64,000 nt of DNA from Candidatus Heimdallarchaeota archaeon (GCA_048881705.1 JBHLSH010000001.1:128001-192000); one strand, 5' to 3'. Shown: positions 10,336 through 21,083, counted from the stretch's first letter. Notes: generated by a model from the sequence alone, not told the origin. Numbers and translations are program-made.

Positions 10336-11295
10336 TTACTCCTCTTCATCATCTGAGAGAGATAAATCAAGAAAATCAGGGGTTTGAGTCATCATGATTC
10401 TCATTTCTTCAATTGAAAGGGTTTTCTTCTTCTTCTGACTCAATCGTTCCTTTATTTTTTCACTTTGTTCCTCCAGCATTTCCGCGGTTGCCCGATCACG
10501 TTCTAGCTGAACCTGTTCACGTTGAATACGGCGCTGTTCTTTGAAAATGCTGGATTTTTCTCTCAATATCTTGTTAATATTTCTAAATTCCTCACGTAAT
10601 TCGCGCAGTTCTTCTGTGCGGTCTAAAAACTCCTTGTGTTGACGATCGGCCTCGTCTTTAGCGCGTTTCCCCGAATCGTACAATTCTGTAAGCTGCTGAT
10701 GCGTCTTTTGGCTTTTCTCAACGAGTTCCTGAAAATCCCGCCAGCTATGATCTAGAAATCCACGAAGGTTATTTATCTCGCGATTGAGTTCTTTTCTAGC
10801 TTTTAGTTTCTCGGTCGAAACGGAAATATCCCCCAGTTGATCCATTAACTTGTTGACCTCCTCGGTCAACTGCCTCTCTTCTGCAATTCCCATTCCCGGG
10901 GTTGTTTGTATTCGCCAATCCAAATTATCTATTCTTTTACGGATACTGTGAGAGTGCCTAATATCTCTTTCCGAAATTTCCATAGATTGAATTTCTTCCT
11001 GAATCAGCTTTACGTTTCCAATTAAAGATCGCATTTCTTCTAAGACACTACGTCTGACGGCTTTGAGCTCTTGAATGGCACGATTGTTTTTGTCACGCAA
11101 GGTTTTAAGTTCTTTAACTTGGCCAAAGTTTTCAGAGGCAACCTGATTTAACTCATCTCTCGCCGCTCGATTTTGATTTCGCTCCCGCTCCAATTTACGA
11201 AGTTGATCAAGTAGTGTGGATTTTCGGTTACGAAGTTGCATGATTTCGGCCTTTAAATCACGAAGATCTTGAACTTCAAACGCTTTAGCCATCAT
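10336..11295 (-). CDS. Archaeal long coiled-coil protein (COG1340-like)
   Basis: Near-continuous heptads with the central LDWRIQTTPGMGIAEERQLTEEV motif typical of this family; no Walker motifs. Confidence 0.7.
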   Translation of the reverse strand: MMAKAFEVQDLRDLKAEIMQLRNRKSTLLDQLRKLERERNQNRAARDELNQVASENFGQVKELKTLRDKNNRAIQELKAVRRSVLEEMRSLIGNVKLIQEEIQSMEISERDIRHSHSIRKRIDNLDWRIQTTPGMGIAEERQLTEEVNKLMDQLGDISVSTEKLKARKELNREINNLRGFLDHSWRDFQELVEKSQKTHQQLTELYDSGKRAKDEADRQHKEFLDRTEELRELREEFRNINKILREKSSIFKEQRRIQREQVQLERDRATAEMLEEQSEKIKERLSQKKKKTLSIEEMRIMMTQTPDFLDLSLSDDEEE

Positions 11296-11539
11296 GGTTC
11301 GCTCGGTGTTGAATTCTTTAATCTAGCTTAAGTGACGAGTTCTTGAAGCTATCATGCCTTGGAATCATGAGTAGAGATTCCCCATAAATAACGAAGATAC
11401 GGAAAAGAGCCCCGAATTTAAATTTTTTTTTTGGATATGAGAATCTTGAAAAACAATGTTCTTGAGAGCAGGATGAAGCCTCCATTTATAGAGGAGATGA
11501 ACTGAAATCAAAGAATACATCGAAACTCACGGAAATCAG

Positions 11540-12286
11540 TTGGATCGAGCGGTCATTTTTGATTTCGATGGTACACTTGTGGATACTATGGGCAGTTTCT
11601 ATGATATGGTAATTACTAATCTGAACCAACACGGGATAATAGTTTCAGAATCAACTATAAACCGACTAGGTACAGATTTGATCGCTGAATTTCACTCTAG
11701 ATCGCAATCAAACGGAGCTGCACTAATTCTCAGGTTATTCTGGAATATTGGCCGAAAGGCAGGTTTATCACGATATCGATCTTTTCGATTTGCCATGAAA
11801 TGCGCAATGCAATCGAGAGATGTTTATAAATCTGCTCCATTGTTTTCTGATGTACGATCAACACTAAAAAGACTTCAAGACGAGGGAGGATTCAAATTAG
11901 GCATTTACACACTCGCCCCACGTAAAATCCTCCTTAATACACTGGAAACACATGATTTAATACAATATTTTTCGAGGGAGGGGATCGTATCCCGTGATGA
12001 TGTGCAAAATTTGAAACCTGACCCCGAGGGGGTTTTTCTTGCTCTTGAAGGATGTTCTGTTCCGGCTTCTTATTCTGTACTGATTGGAGACATGCCAGCA
12101 GATATCCTGGCAGGAGCAGCAGCAGGATTAACCACTATTGGGCTTACAACTGGTTTGATTTCGCGGGAAATATTCCAGCAATTTTCTCATCCAACAAAGA
12201 TTTTTGATTCCCTGGAACAAGCATCTCAATGGATACTAGAATCGTATCTGAAAGGAAATGGAGAATCTGATGATCAACACGCCTGA
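11540..12286 (+). CDS. HAD-family hydrolase (phosphoglycolate-phosphatase-like)
   Basis: FDFDGTLVDT motif I, KPDP motif III, IGDMPADILAG motif IV. Confidence 0.9.
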   Translation: MDRAVIFDFDGTLVDTMGSFYDMVITNLNQHGIIVSESTINRLGTDLIAEFHSRSQSNGAALILRLFWNIGRKAGLSRYRSFRFAMKCAMQSRDVYKSAPLFSDVRSTLKRLQDEGGFKLGIYTLAPRKILLNTLETHDLIQYFSREGIVSRDDVQNLKPDPEGVFLALEGCSVPASYSVLIGDMPADILAGAAAGLTTIGLTTGLISREIFQQFSHPTKIFDSLEQASQWILESYLKGNGESDDQHA

Positions 12287-12432
12287 AAAAGAATGTGGAG
12301 AACGTAAATGTACAAAATCCTCATATGGCTATCCGATAAGTAATGGGATATTTCCTCACATTTCTGTCCGTTTTGATAGGATAAATGGCCTTTTTTTCGT
12401 GATTATTAAGACTAGCTTCGCGGTAATCGATT

Positions 12433-13074
12433 TTAGTTTGTCTTCCTCACTTCTTTCCTGATATCCGGCAGGTTTTTTAGTTCCTCCAGCCCCCGATTTA
12501 GCTCCCCTTCCAATTCCTTAATCTTTTTTTGTAGAAAGTCAATGGTGGTCTGGTTATCCTTCTGTGCCAATTCGTCTCCGCATGAGGCGCATATGAACCC
12601 CATTTCAAAGGCATCTGAAAATGTTACGGGGGAATGTCCCTCCTGGCAAGCATAAAGGAGATTTCTCTGTTCATAATCTAAACGTTGTCGTAATTTCTTT
12701 AGACTAAGTTTTCGGCGGCTTATAATCAGATCTCGTATTCGCTCCCAGATAGGAGACCAATAGTATACAAAATAGCCGGTTTCCTTATCGCGCACGCGCC
12801 TATAACGAGCCAAAGACCTTTCATTCAATTTGTACAACGATTTTCTTACTTCCTTTAGGGCGATACGAGAACTCTCATTTATGGCATCATCGGGTTGGGA
12901 TGAAGGAACTTCCGATTTTTCTTCGATCTCTTCATTGAGAAGGTTTACGATTTGTTCGTCAATAATTTCCTTCTGGTTTAGCAGGATATTAAGAACACTC
13001 ACAGTCACGGGATCTGTGAGTTTTAGCATTATGTCGTTTAACTGCGAAAAACGCATAAATATGACCCGTGTCAC
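12433..13074 (-). CDS. tfe: Transcription factor E alpha
   Basis: Winged helix with EVRKSLYKL...YFVYYW; Zn ribbon YACQEGH...FSDAFEMGFICASCG. Confidence 0.9.
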   Translation of the reverse strand: MTRVIFMRFSQLNDIMLKLTDPVTVSVLNILLNQKEIIDEQIVNLLNEEIEEKSEVPSSQPDDAINESSRIALKEVRKSLYKLNERSLARYRRVRDKETGYFVYYWSPIWERIRDLIISRRKLSLKKLRQRLDYEQRNLLYACQEGHSPVTFSDAFEMGFICASCGDELAQKDNQTTIDFLQKKIKELEGELNRGLEELKNLPDIRKEVRKTN

Positions 13075-13196
13075 TTTTTTGGAAGGAAGAAAAATAAATT
13101 TTTCCAGATCCTTCTAGTTAATTCTGGTTGGCTTTTGCACCCACACAAAAAGTAACGAAAAACAGAAGAAACAGGGAGTCGTTTCAAAGGCGCTTA

Positions 13197-13676
13197 CTAG
13201 AAGTTTTCCAACTCTTTTAACGCCGCCATTATGGATTGAGATTCCGGCTTCTTAATCTTTACTGCTGGTTCCGTTAATTTTCCCATCAACATGGCCAAGG
13301 CCTCTGATGTTTCCTTCATACGAACGCGTACCAGGCCTAGCTGGGCATCAGGCTCGGCTACCACGACGAGAATCCCCCTATCCCCTGATTGAGCGGTCAA
13401 TATTTTACCATCAGTGAATTCAGCAAGCATGACGGACAGATTTCCTAGTGCCAGCGCACTACCTTGTTCTGCTGCACCACAGAAGACTGCTGAAGCAATT
13501 GCACCAATGCTCTCTAGATCAAATGCTCCCATTGTTTCGGAAACGAGCAAACGTGATGCACGCGCAATAGTAAGACCTGTACGATCCCCGAGTAACGTCA
13601 CCTTGATAGATGTGTCACTTTTAAGTAGCCGGGACAGTTCTGCGTTGATTTCATTCTTCTGCAAAACAGGATTCAC
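13197..13676 (-). CDS. Roadblock/LC7 (MglB-like) domain protein
   Basis: VTLLGDRTGLTIA, IGAIASAVFCGA, MLAEFTDGKIL, ILVVVAEPDAQLGLVRVRMK. Confidence 0.88.
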   Translation of the reverse strand: MNPVLQKNEINAELSRLLKSDTSIKVTLLGDRTGLTIARASRLLVSETMGAFDLESIGAIASAVFCGAAEQGSALALGNLSVMLAEFTDGKILTAQSGDRGILVVVAEPDAQLGLVRVRMKETSEALAMLMGKLTEPAVKIKKPESQSIMAALKELENF

Positions 13677-13773
13677 CCTTTAATCTCAATTAATCTCATT
13701 TAGGCCAGTGCCCTTTAAATTCTTTTGCCTATTGATTTAAGGATGCACAGAAATCGGGAACCAAAGTTGGATT

Positions 13774-14493
13774 CTAGAGTACAACAATGACAATTACAAG
13801 GGCAATTACTGACCCCGCCAACAGAGCCAATAATGTACGGTTCTGGGTCAGTTTTCTCGAAATTTTCCCTAATGTTGATTGAACTTTCTGCAATTTAGAA
13901 TTTACTTCGTTAATTTTTGTATCGATTTTATCGATTTTAACTCCCTGTTCATCCAAACGCCGAGCTAGGGTACCTAGATTCTGGGATATTTGGGTTATCT
14001 GTTCATTCATCCTATCCATAGAAGTTAAAAAGGAATTTTCAAGCATTTGGAGGCGTTCTTCTAGAGTTCCCACATTTTTAGAGGAAATTGCTTCTCCTGG
14101 ATATGCAATTTCATAAATCCGGGTACCAACACCCGTTTGTTCTTGGGGGCTCGCTCTTAAATCCATAGTTTCGATTGATTCGCTGATTTCTCCCAACGTT
14201 CCACGAAGTAGCTGCATTTTTCGTTTTGTTTCATCAATTTCCCTAATCTTTTCATTTTGTTTTTTGATATCTCCTGGTTGAAGAAAACGAGGCATAGATG
14301 CAAGTAATTTGGATGTCAATGAGCGTTTCTGGACCACTTGTTCTGACATTCCTCCCGAAAGATCAGCAGCCATTCCTTCCATCGATTCTAAGACAGAGTC
14401 TAAGTCATGAATGAAATTTACGAGAAGTTCTTTCTCGGTAGGTTCATCAGGTTTTTTAAACCATTTACTCAAACGTTTTGTAAAGACCGACAC
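13774..14493 (-). CDS. Tail-anchored Q-SNARE-like protein
   Basis: Hydrophobic residues at all 15 SNARE layer positions around Gln183 (LDEQG), a basic juxtamembrane stretch and a 19-aa transmembrane helix at the extreme C-terminus; helical N-terminal region. Confidence 0.8.
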   Translation of the reverse strand: MSVFTKRLSKWFKKPDEPTEKELLVNFIHDLDSVLESMEGMAADLSGGMSEQVVQKRSLTSKLLASMPRFLQPGDIKKQNEKIREIDETKRKMQLLRGTLGEISESIETMDLRASPQEQTGVGTRIYEIAYPGEAISSKNVGTLEERLQMLENSFLTSMDRMNEQITQISQNLGTLARRLDEQGVKIDKIDTKINEVNSKLQKVQSTLGKISRKLTQNRTLLALLAGSVIALVIVIVVL

Positions 14494-14671
14494 GTTTTTT
14501 TCGCCTGTTAAAGGTATACTCGGTAATGATTAGTTATAAATTGAGTTTACGCAGAATGTTATCCGCTCAATCTATTTATCGCTTTATAAGAATAACTCAA
14601 AACGATATGAGACGGGAAATTTGGTATTACCAAGCAAAAGGGCCGTCTAGTAAATATGAACGAATGGTGTT

Positions 14672-15946
14672 TTAGTAAATCAGGTTGCCGTTTTCAACCA
14701 CTAAACAGCCGTCCTTGAATACTTTCTCAGCTAGATTGATCCCATAATTGTAAGAAAAAAATTTGTGATTAGGAGCATTAAAAATCACAATATCCGCTCT
14801 TTTTCCCTCCTCAAGGCTTCCTATGTCATGAGCTCGATCGATAGAATGCGCTGCATTGATAGTTGCAGCGGTGAGCGCTTCGGCTGTTGTCATTTTCATT
14901 CGAAGAACACCAAGAGTCATCATCATCTGCATAGACTCGCACATATTTGCTGCACTTACATCGGTAGCTAAAGCGACAGGTAATCCCTTATCAATTATGG
15001 CACGGGCATCCGCGTAAGTCCCTACATAGCAGAATGGAGAAGTTGGTAAGAAGATGATAATAGTACCTTGATCCTTAAGAGCTTCCACTTCGTCCATTGG
15101 GGTGAATATCAGATGATCTACGGAGGTTACATCTCCTAAATCGGCAGCCAACTTAGCTCCCCCACTATGAGCCAACCAATCGCAGTGATTTCTTAATTTC
15201 AATCCGTATTTTCTACCCGTTTCCAAAATCCGACGGCTTTGTTCAAGGTTGTAGTAGCCTCTTTCGCAAAATACGTCTATATATTCGGCTAGTTTTCGTT
15301 TGGAGATCTCAGGGATCCATTTTTCGACAATTTCATCGACCAAGTCGTCCACCCGCTCTTCAAATTCTGGTGGTATCCCCTGTGCCAGAAAAGTTGGAAC
15401 GAGGTCAAGAGGATGGAGTTTATTCAGAGTGTTAATTATTTCCAGCTGTTTAATCTCCCCTTCGAAAGTCATTTCATATCCGCTTTTCGCTTCAATAGTG
15501 GTTGTTCCATGAATAAGCATCTTGTCTAGTATTTTGGAGGTTATTCCAATCTGTGTTTTAAAACTGGTCGCTGCAGTTTCTTTTAACGATTTATTCATAC
15601 CTCCGCCTTGAGCTTTAATCTCCAGATATGGAACACCTAATACAGCCATTTTTTCAAGTTCATCTTCTCTGGTACCAGCAAATACCAGATGGACATGAGG
15701 ATCGATTAATCCTGGAGTCACAAGTTTTCCTGCGGCATCTACAACTTCAAATCCTTTATTAAGATGATTTAAAACATCCTGCGTCTTTCCGACAGCAATT
15801 ATCCTCCCGTTTCTTACCGCTACGGCACCATCACGAATGATTCCCAATTCTCTCATTTTTGTTTTAACTCGAGGATCCTCACTTGACCCGTTAAGCGTTA
15901 CCAGTTCATTCGCATTAATAATAACGAAATCTGCTTCTAAAACCAT
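14672..15946 (-). CDS. hutI: Imidazolonepropionase
   Basis: PGLIDPHVHLVFAGTREDE, HGTTTIEAKSGY, DVFCERGYY, VALATD; start moved to ATG 15946, which has an upstream GGTGGT SD-like site. Confidence 0.93.
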   Translation of the reverse strand: MVLEADFVIINANELVTLNGSSEDPRVKTKMRELGIIRDGAVAVRNGRIIAVGKTQDVLNHLNKGFEVVDAAGKLVTPGLIDPHVHLVFAGTREDELEKMAVLGVPYLEIKAQGGGMNKSLKETAATSFKTQIGITSKILDKMLIHGTTTIEAKSGYEMTFEGEIKQLEIINTLNKLHPLDLVPTFLAQGIPPEFEERVDDLVDEIVEKWIPEISKRKLAEYIDVFCERGYYNLEQSRRILETGRKYGLKLRNHCDWLAHSGGAKLAADLGDVTSVDHLIFTPMDEVEALKDQGTIIIFLPTSPFCYVGTYADARAIIDKGLPVALATDVSAANMCESMQMMMTLGVLRMKMTTAEALTAATINAAHSIDRAHDIGSLEEGKRADIVIFNAPNHKFFSYNYGINLAEKVFKDGCLVVENGNLIY

Positions 15947-15975
15947 TTTTACCACCCGTATTTCTATTGATGATC

Positions 15976-17304
15976 TTAAACATCTAAATATCTCTTTCTT
16001 TCCCACTCATGAACATAAACGTTGAAATCGTGCCATTCACGAGTTTTAACCTCGAGATATTTTTGGTAAAAATCCGAACCCAGTGATTCTTCAAGGTCGC
16101 GATCTTTTCGAAGGTGATAAAGCGCCTCTCCGAAATTTCCTGGAAGTGTTTCAATTCCTCTTTCCGTACGCTCATTGGGACTCATTTTATAGATATCCTC
16201 TTCAACAGCAGGAGGGGGTATTAGTTTCTTTTTGATGCCATCTAGTCCTGTTGCGAGTAGGGCAGCATAAGATAAATAAAAATTGCAGGAACCATCAGTA
16301 GGACGATACTCCAGCCGCGCGGCTTTCTTTTTTCCAGGTGGGATTCTAATCAGCGTTGAACGGTTATAATTGGCCCATGAAATGTAAACAGGGGCTTCCC
16401 ATCCCGGCACAAGGCGTTTATAAGAATTAACTGAGGGATTTGTTATGCCTGTCAGACCTTTTGCATGAGCAAGAATTCCTGCCATGAATCCTAACGCCAT
16501 ATCACTTAAGCCATGAGATTGAGCAGGATCCGCGAAAAGATTAACCTTGTTTTTATCATCCCGTAGATTAATATGGGTATGCAACCCTGCTCCGTATTCT
16601 CCGTGGAACGGCTTGGGCATAAAAGACGCGATGACTCCCTTTTTGGCAGCAATTATTTTTGTTAGGAATTTAACAAGATAAATAGTATCCGCCATTCGTA
16701 ATGCTTGATCGTAGGCCAAATTGAACTCGCTTTTTCCATGAGGAACCTCATGGTGATGTTTTTCAATTGCAATTCCTATTTGGCTAAAGTGTTTGGTCAT
16801 TTCAAGACGAAGCTCTGCACCACGATCTGCTGGGGGAGAAGCTAGATATCCTGCTTCATCGATCAGTTTGATTTTATCGTGTTCTCTCATTTCAAACAGG
16901 AAGAACTCGATTTCACTCGCCGTATAACTGTTGACATTAGCCCCTAATGTGCCTTGAATGTTCTTCAAAACCTTTTTCAAAATAAAACGGGGATCTAACT
17001 CGAATTGTTTGGTTGAATCTGGCTCGTACAAATCACAAACTACTCTTGCGACCCGTTGTGGAAACAAACCATGTGGAAGCACAATAAAACTACTGGGATC
17101 AGGTATCAACTTAACGTCACTCTTGCTGACATCAACCACTCCTAATGAACTACCATCCGTATGCATTCCTTCCTCAAAGATAGTCGAAAAATGCTTGACG
17201 GGAACCCAAAGCGTATGAAGGATACCCACTAGATCAGTGAATTGTAAAGCAATTTCTTCAACCTTTTCTCGTTCCATTACTTCCTCAACTTCATTAATAG
17301 GCAT
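15976..17304 (-). CDS. glnA: Glutamine synthetase type I (or a related gamma-glutamyl ligase)
   Basis: FTDL, DGSS, EIEFFLF, HHEV, FMPKP...GAGLHTH, NSYKRLVPGWEAP, NRS..IRIP, RLEYR. Confidence 0.85.
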   Translation of the reverse strand: MPINEVEEVMEREKVEEIALQFTDLVGILHTLWVPVKHFSTIFEEGMHTDGSSLGVVDVSKSDVKLIPDPSSFIVLPHGLFPQRVARVVCDLYEPDSTKQFELDPRFILKKVLKNIQGTLGANVNSYTASEIEFFLFEMREHDKIKLIDEAGYLASPPADRGAELRLEMTKHFSQIGIAIEKHHHEVPHGKSEFNLAYDQALRMADTIYLVKFLTKIIAAKKGVIASFMPKPFHGEYGAGLHTHINLRDDKNKVNLFADPAQSHGLSDMALGFMAGILAHAKGLTGITNPSVNSYKRLVPGWEAPVYISWANYNRSTLIRIPPGKKKAARLEYRPTDGSCNFYLSYAALLATGLDGIKKKLIPPPAVEEDIYKMSPNERTERGIETLPGNFGEALYHLRKDRDLEESLGSDFYQKYLEVKTREWHDFNVYVHEWERKRYLDV

Positions 17305-17414
17305 GGATCAGGCTTCCTTATCCGATTTACTAACTTACAGGGATGGTTAAAACCATCTTTTAAGGGGTTATTTATGAAGCCTGACCACGGAATGAATTCA
17401 AGGAGATATGGCAT

Positions 17415-18611
17415 TTGATATACCGAGATTTAAAACGTCAGATAATCCAAGAGGCCAGAGACTTGGAGGAGTACATCGTCCAAACACGTCGTCATCTCCA
17501 TATGCACCCAGAAACAGCATACGAAGAACATAAAACTGCAGATTATATTGAAAATGAACTAAAGAACCTTGGGTATGACACTGAAAGAACTGCGGGTACT
17601 GGGATCCTCGGAATCCTTAATAATGATTCTCAAGGAAAAACTGTGGCCTTACGGGCTGATATCGACGCGTTAAATATTACTGAGGAGAATGATATCCCAT
17701 ACAGAAGTAAAGTACCTGGAAAGATGCATGCCTGTGGACATGATGCTCATACAGCGATGTTATTAGGTGCGGCCAAAATTCTTTTCAAGTACCGAAAGGT
17801 TTTATCAGGTCCTCTGAAGCTGATATTTCAACCTGGGGAAGAAGGCAAAGCTGGGGCAAAGAAAATTGTAGAAGAGGGGCAGCTTGACAATGTGGACACG
17901 ATTTTTGGTCTTCATGTCTGGCAAGCATCATCATCGGGTGAAATAGCAACTGGGGCGGACGGGGCTTTATTTGCTTCCTCAGACCGTTTCACAATTAGAA
18001 TTTCTGGGATCGGGGGACATGCCGCAATGCCTCATGAAACTGTGGATCCGATTCCTGTACTTTTCGATATATACAATGCACTCCAAAAGGTAATTTCACG
18101 TGAGATAGATCCCTTTGAACCAGTTGTGTTAACCATGCCGCGGATCGTGGGGAGTAGTGCCCACAATATAATCCCATCGGTTGGGATCCTAAATGGAACG
18201 CTTCGAACACTAAATCCCAGGGTTCGCTCACGTATCTTGGATCGCCTTCAGGAGGTGGTCGTTGGATATTCACGAGCGTGGCGTTGCAAGGGATCAGTCA
18301 ATATTGATCCCCTAGGCTATCCGGCCTTGATCAATGACAAAGATACCACAAAGAAGATTATTACGATACTCCATGATCTAGATGAAGTAAAACCAGCACC
18401 CCCGAGTATGATTGGCGAGGATTTCGGATTTTATTTACAAAGAACCAAAGGAGTTTTTTTCACTCTAGGGATCTACAATAAAGAAAAAGGGATAATTTAT
18501 CCACACCATCATCCTCAATTTCAGGTAGACGAGTCGGTACTTTGGAAAGGAACCGCGATCTATGCCATTTCGGGCCTCTATTATTATTTCAGCTCGGATT
18601 TTGAACCATGA
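17415..18611 (+). CDS. M20D-family amidohydrolase (HipO/ILL-like)
   Basis: RRHLHMHPE, ALRADIDAL, MHACGHDAH, FQPGEE, GHAAMPH, GEDFGFY, HHPQF. Confidence 0.92.
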   Translation: MIYRDLKRQIIQEARDLEEYIVQTRRHLHMHPETAYEEHKTADYIENELKNLGYDTERTAGTGILGILNNDSQGKTVALRADIDALNITEENDIPYRSKVPGKMHACGHDAHTAMLLGAAKILFKYRKVLSGPLKLIFQPGEEGKAGAKKIVEEGQLDNVDTIFGLHVWQASSSGEIATGADGALFASSDRFTIRISGIGGHAAMPHETVDPIPVLFDIYNALQKVISREIDPFEPVVLTMPRIVGSSAHNIIPSVGILNGTLRTLNPRVRSRILDRLQEVVVGYSRAWRCKGSVNIDPLGYPALINDKDTTKKIITILHDLDEVKPAPPSMIGEDFGFYLQRTKGVFFTLGIYNKEKGIIYPHHHPQFQVDESVLWKGTAIYAISGLYYYFSSDFEP

Positions 18612-18630
18612 AATCTGGTTGGATTTTTAT

Positions 18631-20121
18631 CTACAGCTTTCGTTTTCGGATCAGTTGAACACATTTGGAAATGTCTGGGGCCAATTCTCGGTCATGTATT
18701 AAAGAGGAGACTACCTCACGGATTGTGGAGTGGGTTTTCTCAGTTTTTGGTGCAAGAATGTCTTTATTTTCGGCTAAATCTATGGCTTGTGCCGCGCATA
18801 GTAATTCAATGGCCAGGATGTTGTGCAAATTTTGAATTATTTTTCGAGTTTTTGACGCTGCGGATGTACCCATAGAAGAAAAATCTTCTTGGTTTGCAGA
18901 AACTGGAATTGAATCAACAGAGGCAGGAGACGCGAGATGGTTGTTTTCAGCAACCAATGAGGCGGCAGTATATTGGGCGATCATTAAACCAGAATTAGGC
19001 CCCGAAGTAGGGGCGAGAAAGGCAGGCAAACCACTAAGACTTGGATTTAACAAGCGTTCAACCCGTCGTTCTGAGATCGTTCCAATCCCTGTCATGGCTA
19101 GCCCCAAGAAATCCATTGCGATCGCAACAGGATGACCATGAAAATTTCCTCCAGAATAAATCTGATCGACCGAGAAAATCAGGGGATTATCAGTAGAAGA
19201 GTTCATTTCCACCTCTACCACGTTTTCGGTATATCGAACTGCATCTAAGATAGCTCCGTGGACTGCTGGAACACAACGCAAGGAATAAGCATCTTGGTGA
19301 GGTATCTGATGCCGAACGCTCTTACTTCCATCCAAAATATCCAATATTTCCTTCGCTACATCTATCTGACCAGGATGTGGGCGAGCTTGATGTATCAACG
19401 GATTTAAAGCATCAATATTGGCCCTGTGCACCTCCATACTCATCGCAGTTGCTAGATTAGCGATCCTGATTAGATATTTTGCGTCTGCAACTGCTAATGC
19501 GGCGATCGCTGTCATTGCTTGTGTTCCATTGAGTAAGGCTAGTCCATCTTTGGCTCCCAATCGAAGGGAGGTAAGCCCTACCTTTTTCAGAGCTGCTCTA
19601 CCAGTAATCCGTTGGCCACCAAAATCCACCCAACCTTTACCGATCAAAACCTGTGATAGATGTGCCAGCGGCGCAAGATCCCCACTCGCTCCAAGACTTC
19701 CCTGAGAGGGAACTACGGGGACAATATCGTGGTTTAATAGATCGACAAGGAGCTCGACCACTTCCAATCGTACCCCAGAATGTCCACGCACAAGTTTATT
19801 GATTTGTAATACCATCATTCCCCTAACTACTTCTAAGGGTAGTTCCAACCCTACCCCTGCGGAGTGACTAAGAACAAGGTTTTCTTGAAGTTGATATACA
19901 TCATCAGAAGACACCGGTACTTCCTGGAGATGTCCGAATCCCGTTGTAACACCATAAATTCGTCTATTCTGCTTCAAAACAGTTTGAACGATATTTGCGG
20001 CCTGTTCTATTCTTGAAACAACCTCGGACGCTATTTCTACTGCATATTTGTCTCGTGTTATCAAAATTATATCTGAAATAGTAAGAGATTCTCCATCTAA
20101 TGTAACGACTGGCTTTTCCAT
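18631..20121 (-). CDS. hutH: Histidine ammonia-lyase
   Basis: YGVTTGFG, GASGDLAPL (MIO-forming ASG), QDAYSLRC, NSSTDNP, GGNFHG, SANQEDFSSMG. Confidence 0.96.
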   Translation of the reverse strand: MEKPVVTLDGESLTISDIILITRDKYAVEIASEVVSRIEQAANIVQTVLKQNRRIYGVTTGFGHLQEVPVSSDDVYQLQENLVLSHSAGVGLELPLEVVRGMMVLQINKLVRGHSGVRLEVVELLVDLLNHDIVPVVPSQGSLGASGDLAPLAHLSQVLIGKGWVDFGGQRITGRAALKKVGLTSLRLGAKDGLALLNGTQAMTAIAALAVADAKYLIRIANLATAMSMEVHRANIDALNPLIHQARPHPGQIDVAKEILDILDGSKSVRHQIPHQDAYSLRCVPAVHGAILDAVRYTENVVEVEMNSSTDNPLIFSVDQIYSGGNFHGHPVAIAMDFLGLAMTGIGTISERRVERLLNPSLSGLPAFLAPTSGPNSGLMIAQYTAASLVAENNHLASPASVDSIPVSANQEDFSSMGTSAASKTRKIIQNLHNILAIELLCAAQAIDLAENKDILAPKTEKTHSTIREVVSSLIHDRELAPDISKCVQLIRKRKL

Positions 20122-20621
20122 GGTAATTTACTCCTTGTCATCATTTTTTTATAGGTCGTTGGGTATTCTAAGACAAATGTATAAGTTTTATAGCGTTTAG
20201 TGGACGCTATTATGGAGTAAGGCATGAAAATTATTAATGTTAATGAGGTGTATACTTCAATTTTAATAAACCAAGAGGTTTTCTACCGATGGAGAAAGTT
20301 GTATTCCCAATTTCTGAAACCTTATCCTATGGGTCGTAGTGGGGTTTATTTTTGCCATTATAATAGAATTGACACATGTTACATTTATAAACGAAAAATT
20401 GAGCCCAATTACGAACGATCAAAAAATTTGAAAGGAAGAGTGGGGTTTCTGGAGTTGTCAACCCGACCTGTTCCATGCCTATTTCGAGGGGAATGAAGCC
20501 CTATCTCTCTTATCTTAAGTTCATATCTTGCCGGGAACTTTTCCACAGGCCAGTACTATTTATTTTATCAGATAGCTTATTTGCCCGCACTCCTGATTAA
20601 CAAAAAACGAGCTAATGGGCA

Positions 20622-21056
20622 TTGATCCGTAATGATGTTGCCTTTATCATTGGATACAAGTTAGGAGAACTCGCTCGTTACTTGGAACTGGCGATTGAAA
20701 GATCGAGTCGGACACCCAAGCGAGAAAGAGTTCTAGTTAGGGCCTTATATGTATACGAGACGTTGAAAAATCTAGAATCGGATCTATCCCAGCTTCAATT
20801 CGCCGACGATGTGCATAAAGACATTGATACGTATGTCCAGCGGTTGGGCGAAAAGTATGGAGAGATTAGAAGACGTTTAGAAGAAGAAAAACCTCAAATG
20901 CAAGATAATCCGATGTGGGTGTCAAAAATAAAGCAAAAACTCTCCGTAATAAAACGAACCAATCAGGTTCTTGGGATGGAGGAAGTTAAGAATCTCCAGA
21001 TTAAGCTTAAGTTCTGGAAAGACAGATTAACGATAGGTATGTCCTCCCAGCCTTGA
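20622..21056 (+). CDS. Hypothetical helical protein
   Basis: 144-aa ORF with protein-like composition filling the gap between hutH and the aminotransferase gene. Confidence 0.6.
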   Translation: MIRNDVAFIIGYKLGELARYLELAIERSSRTPKRERVLVRALYVYETLKNLESDLSQLQFADDVHKDIDTYVQRLGEKYGEIRRRLEEEKPQMQDNPMWVSKIKQKLSVIKRTNQVLGMEEVKNLQIKLKFWKDRLTIGMSSQP

Positions 21057-21083
21057 AAATTCTATTTTTTAAATGGTAAACAG

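Noticed and set aside
10336-11295. SMC/Rad50-like call for this and the 55997-57256 coiled-coil protein
   Set aside because: No Walker A/B, signature motif or hinge/hook.
20224-20496. 90-aa ORF; similarly 48441-48725 and 49756-49977
   Set aside because: AT-rich promoter-type regions with atypical amino acid composition and no motifs.
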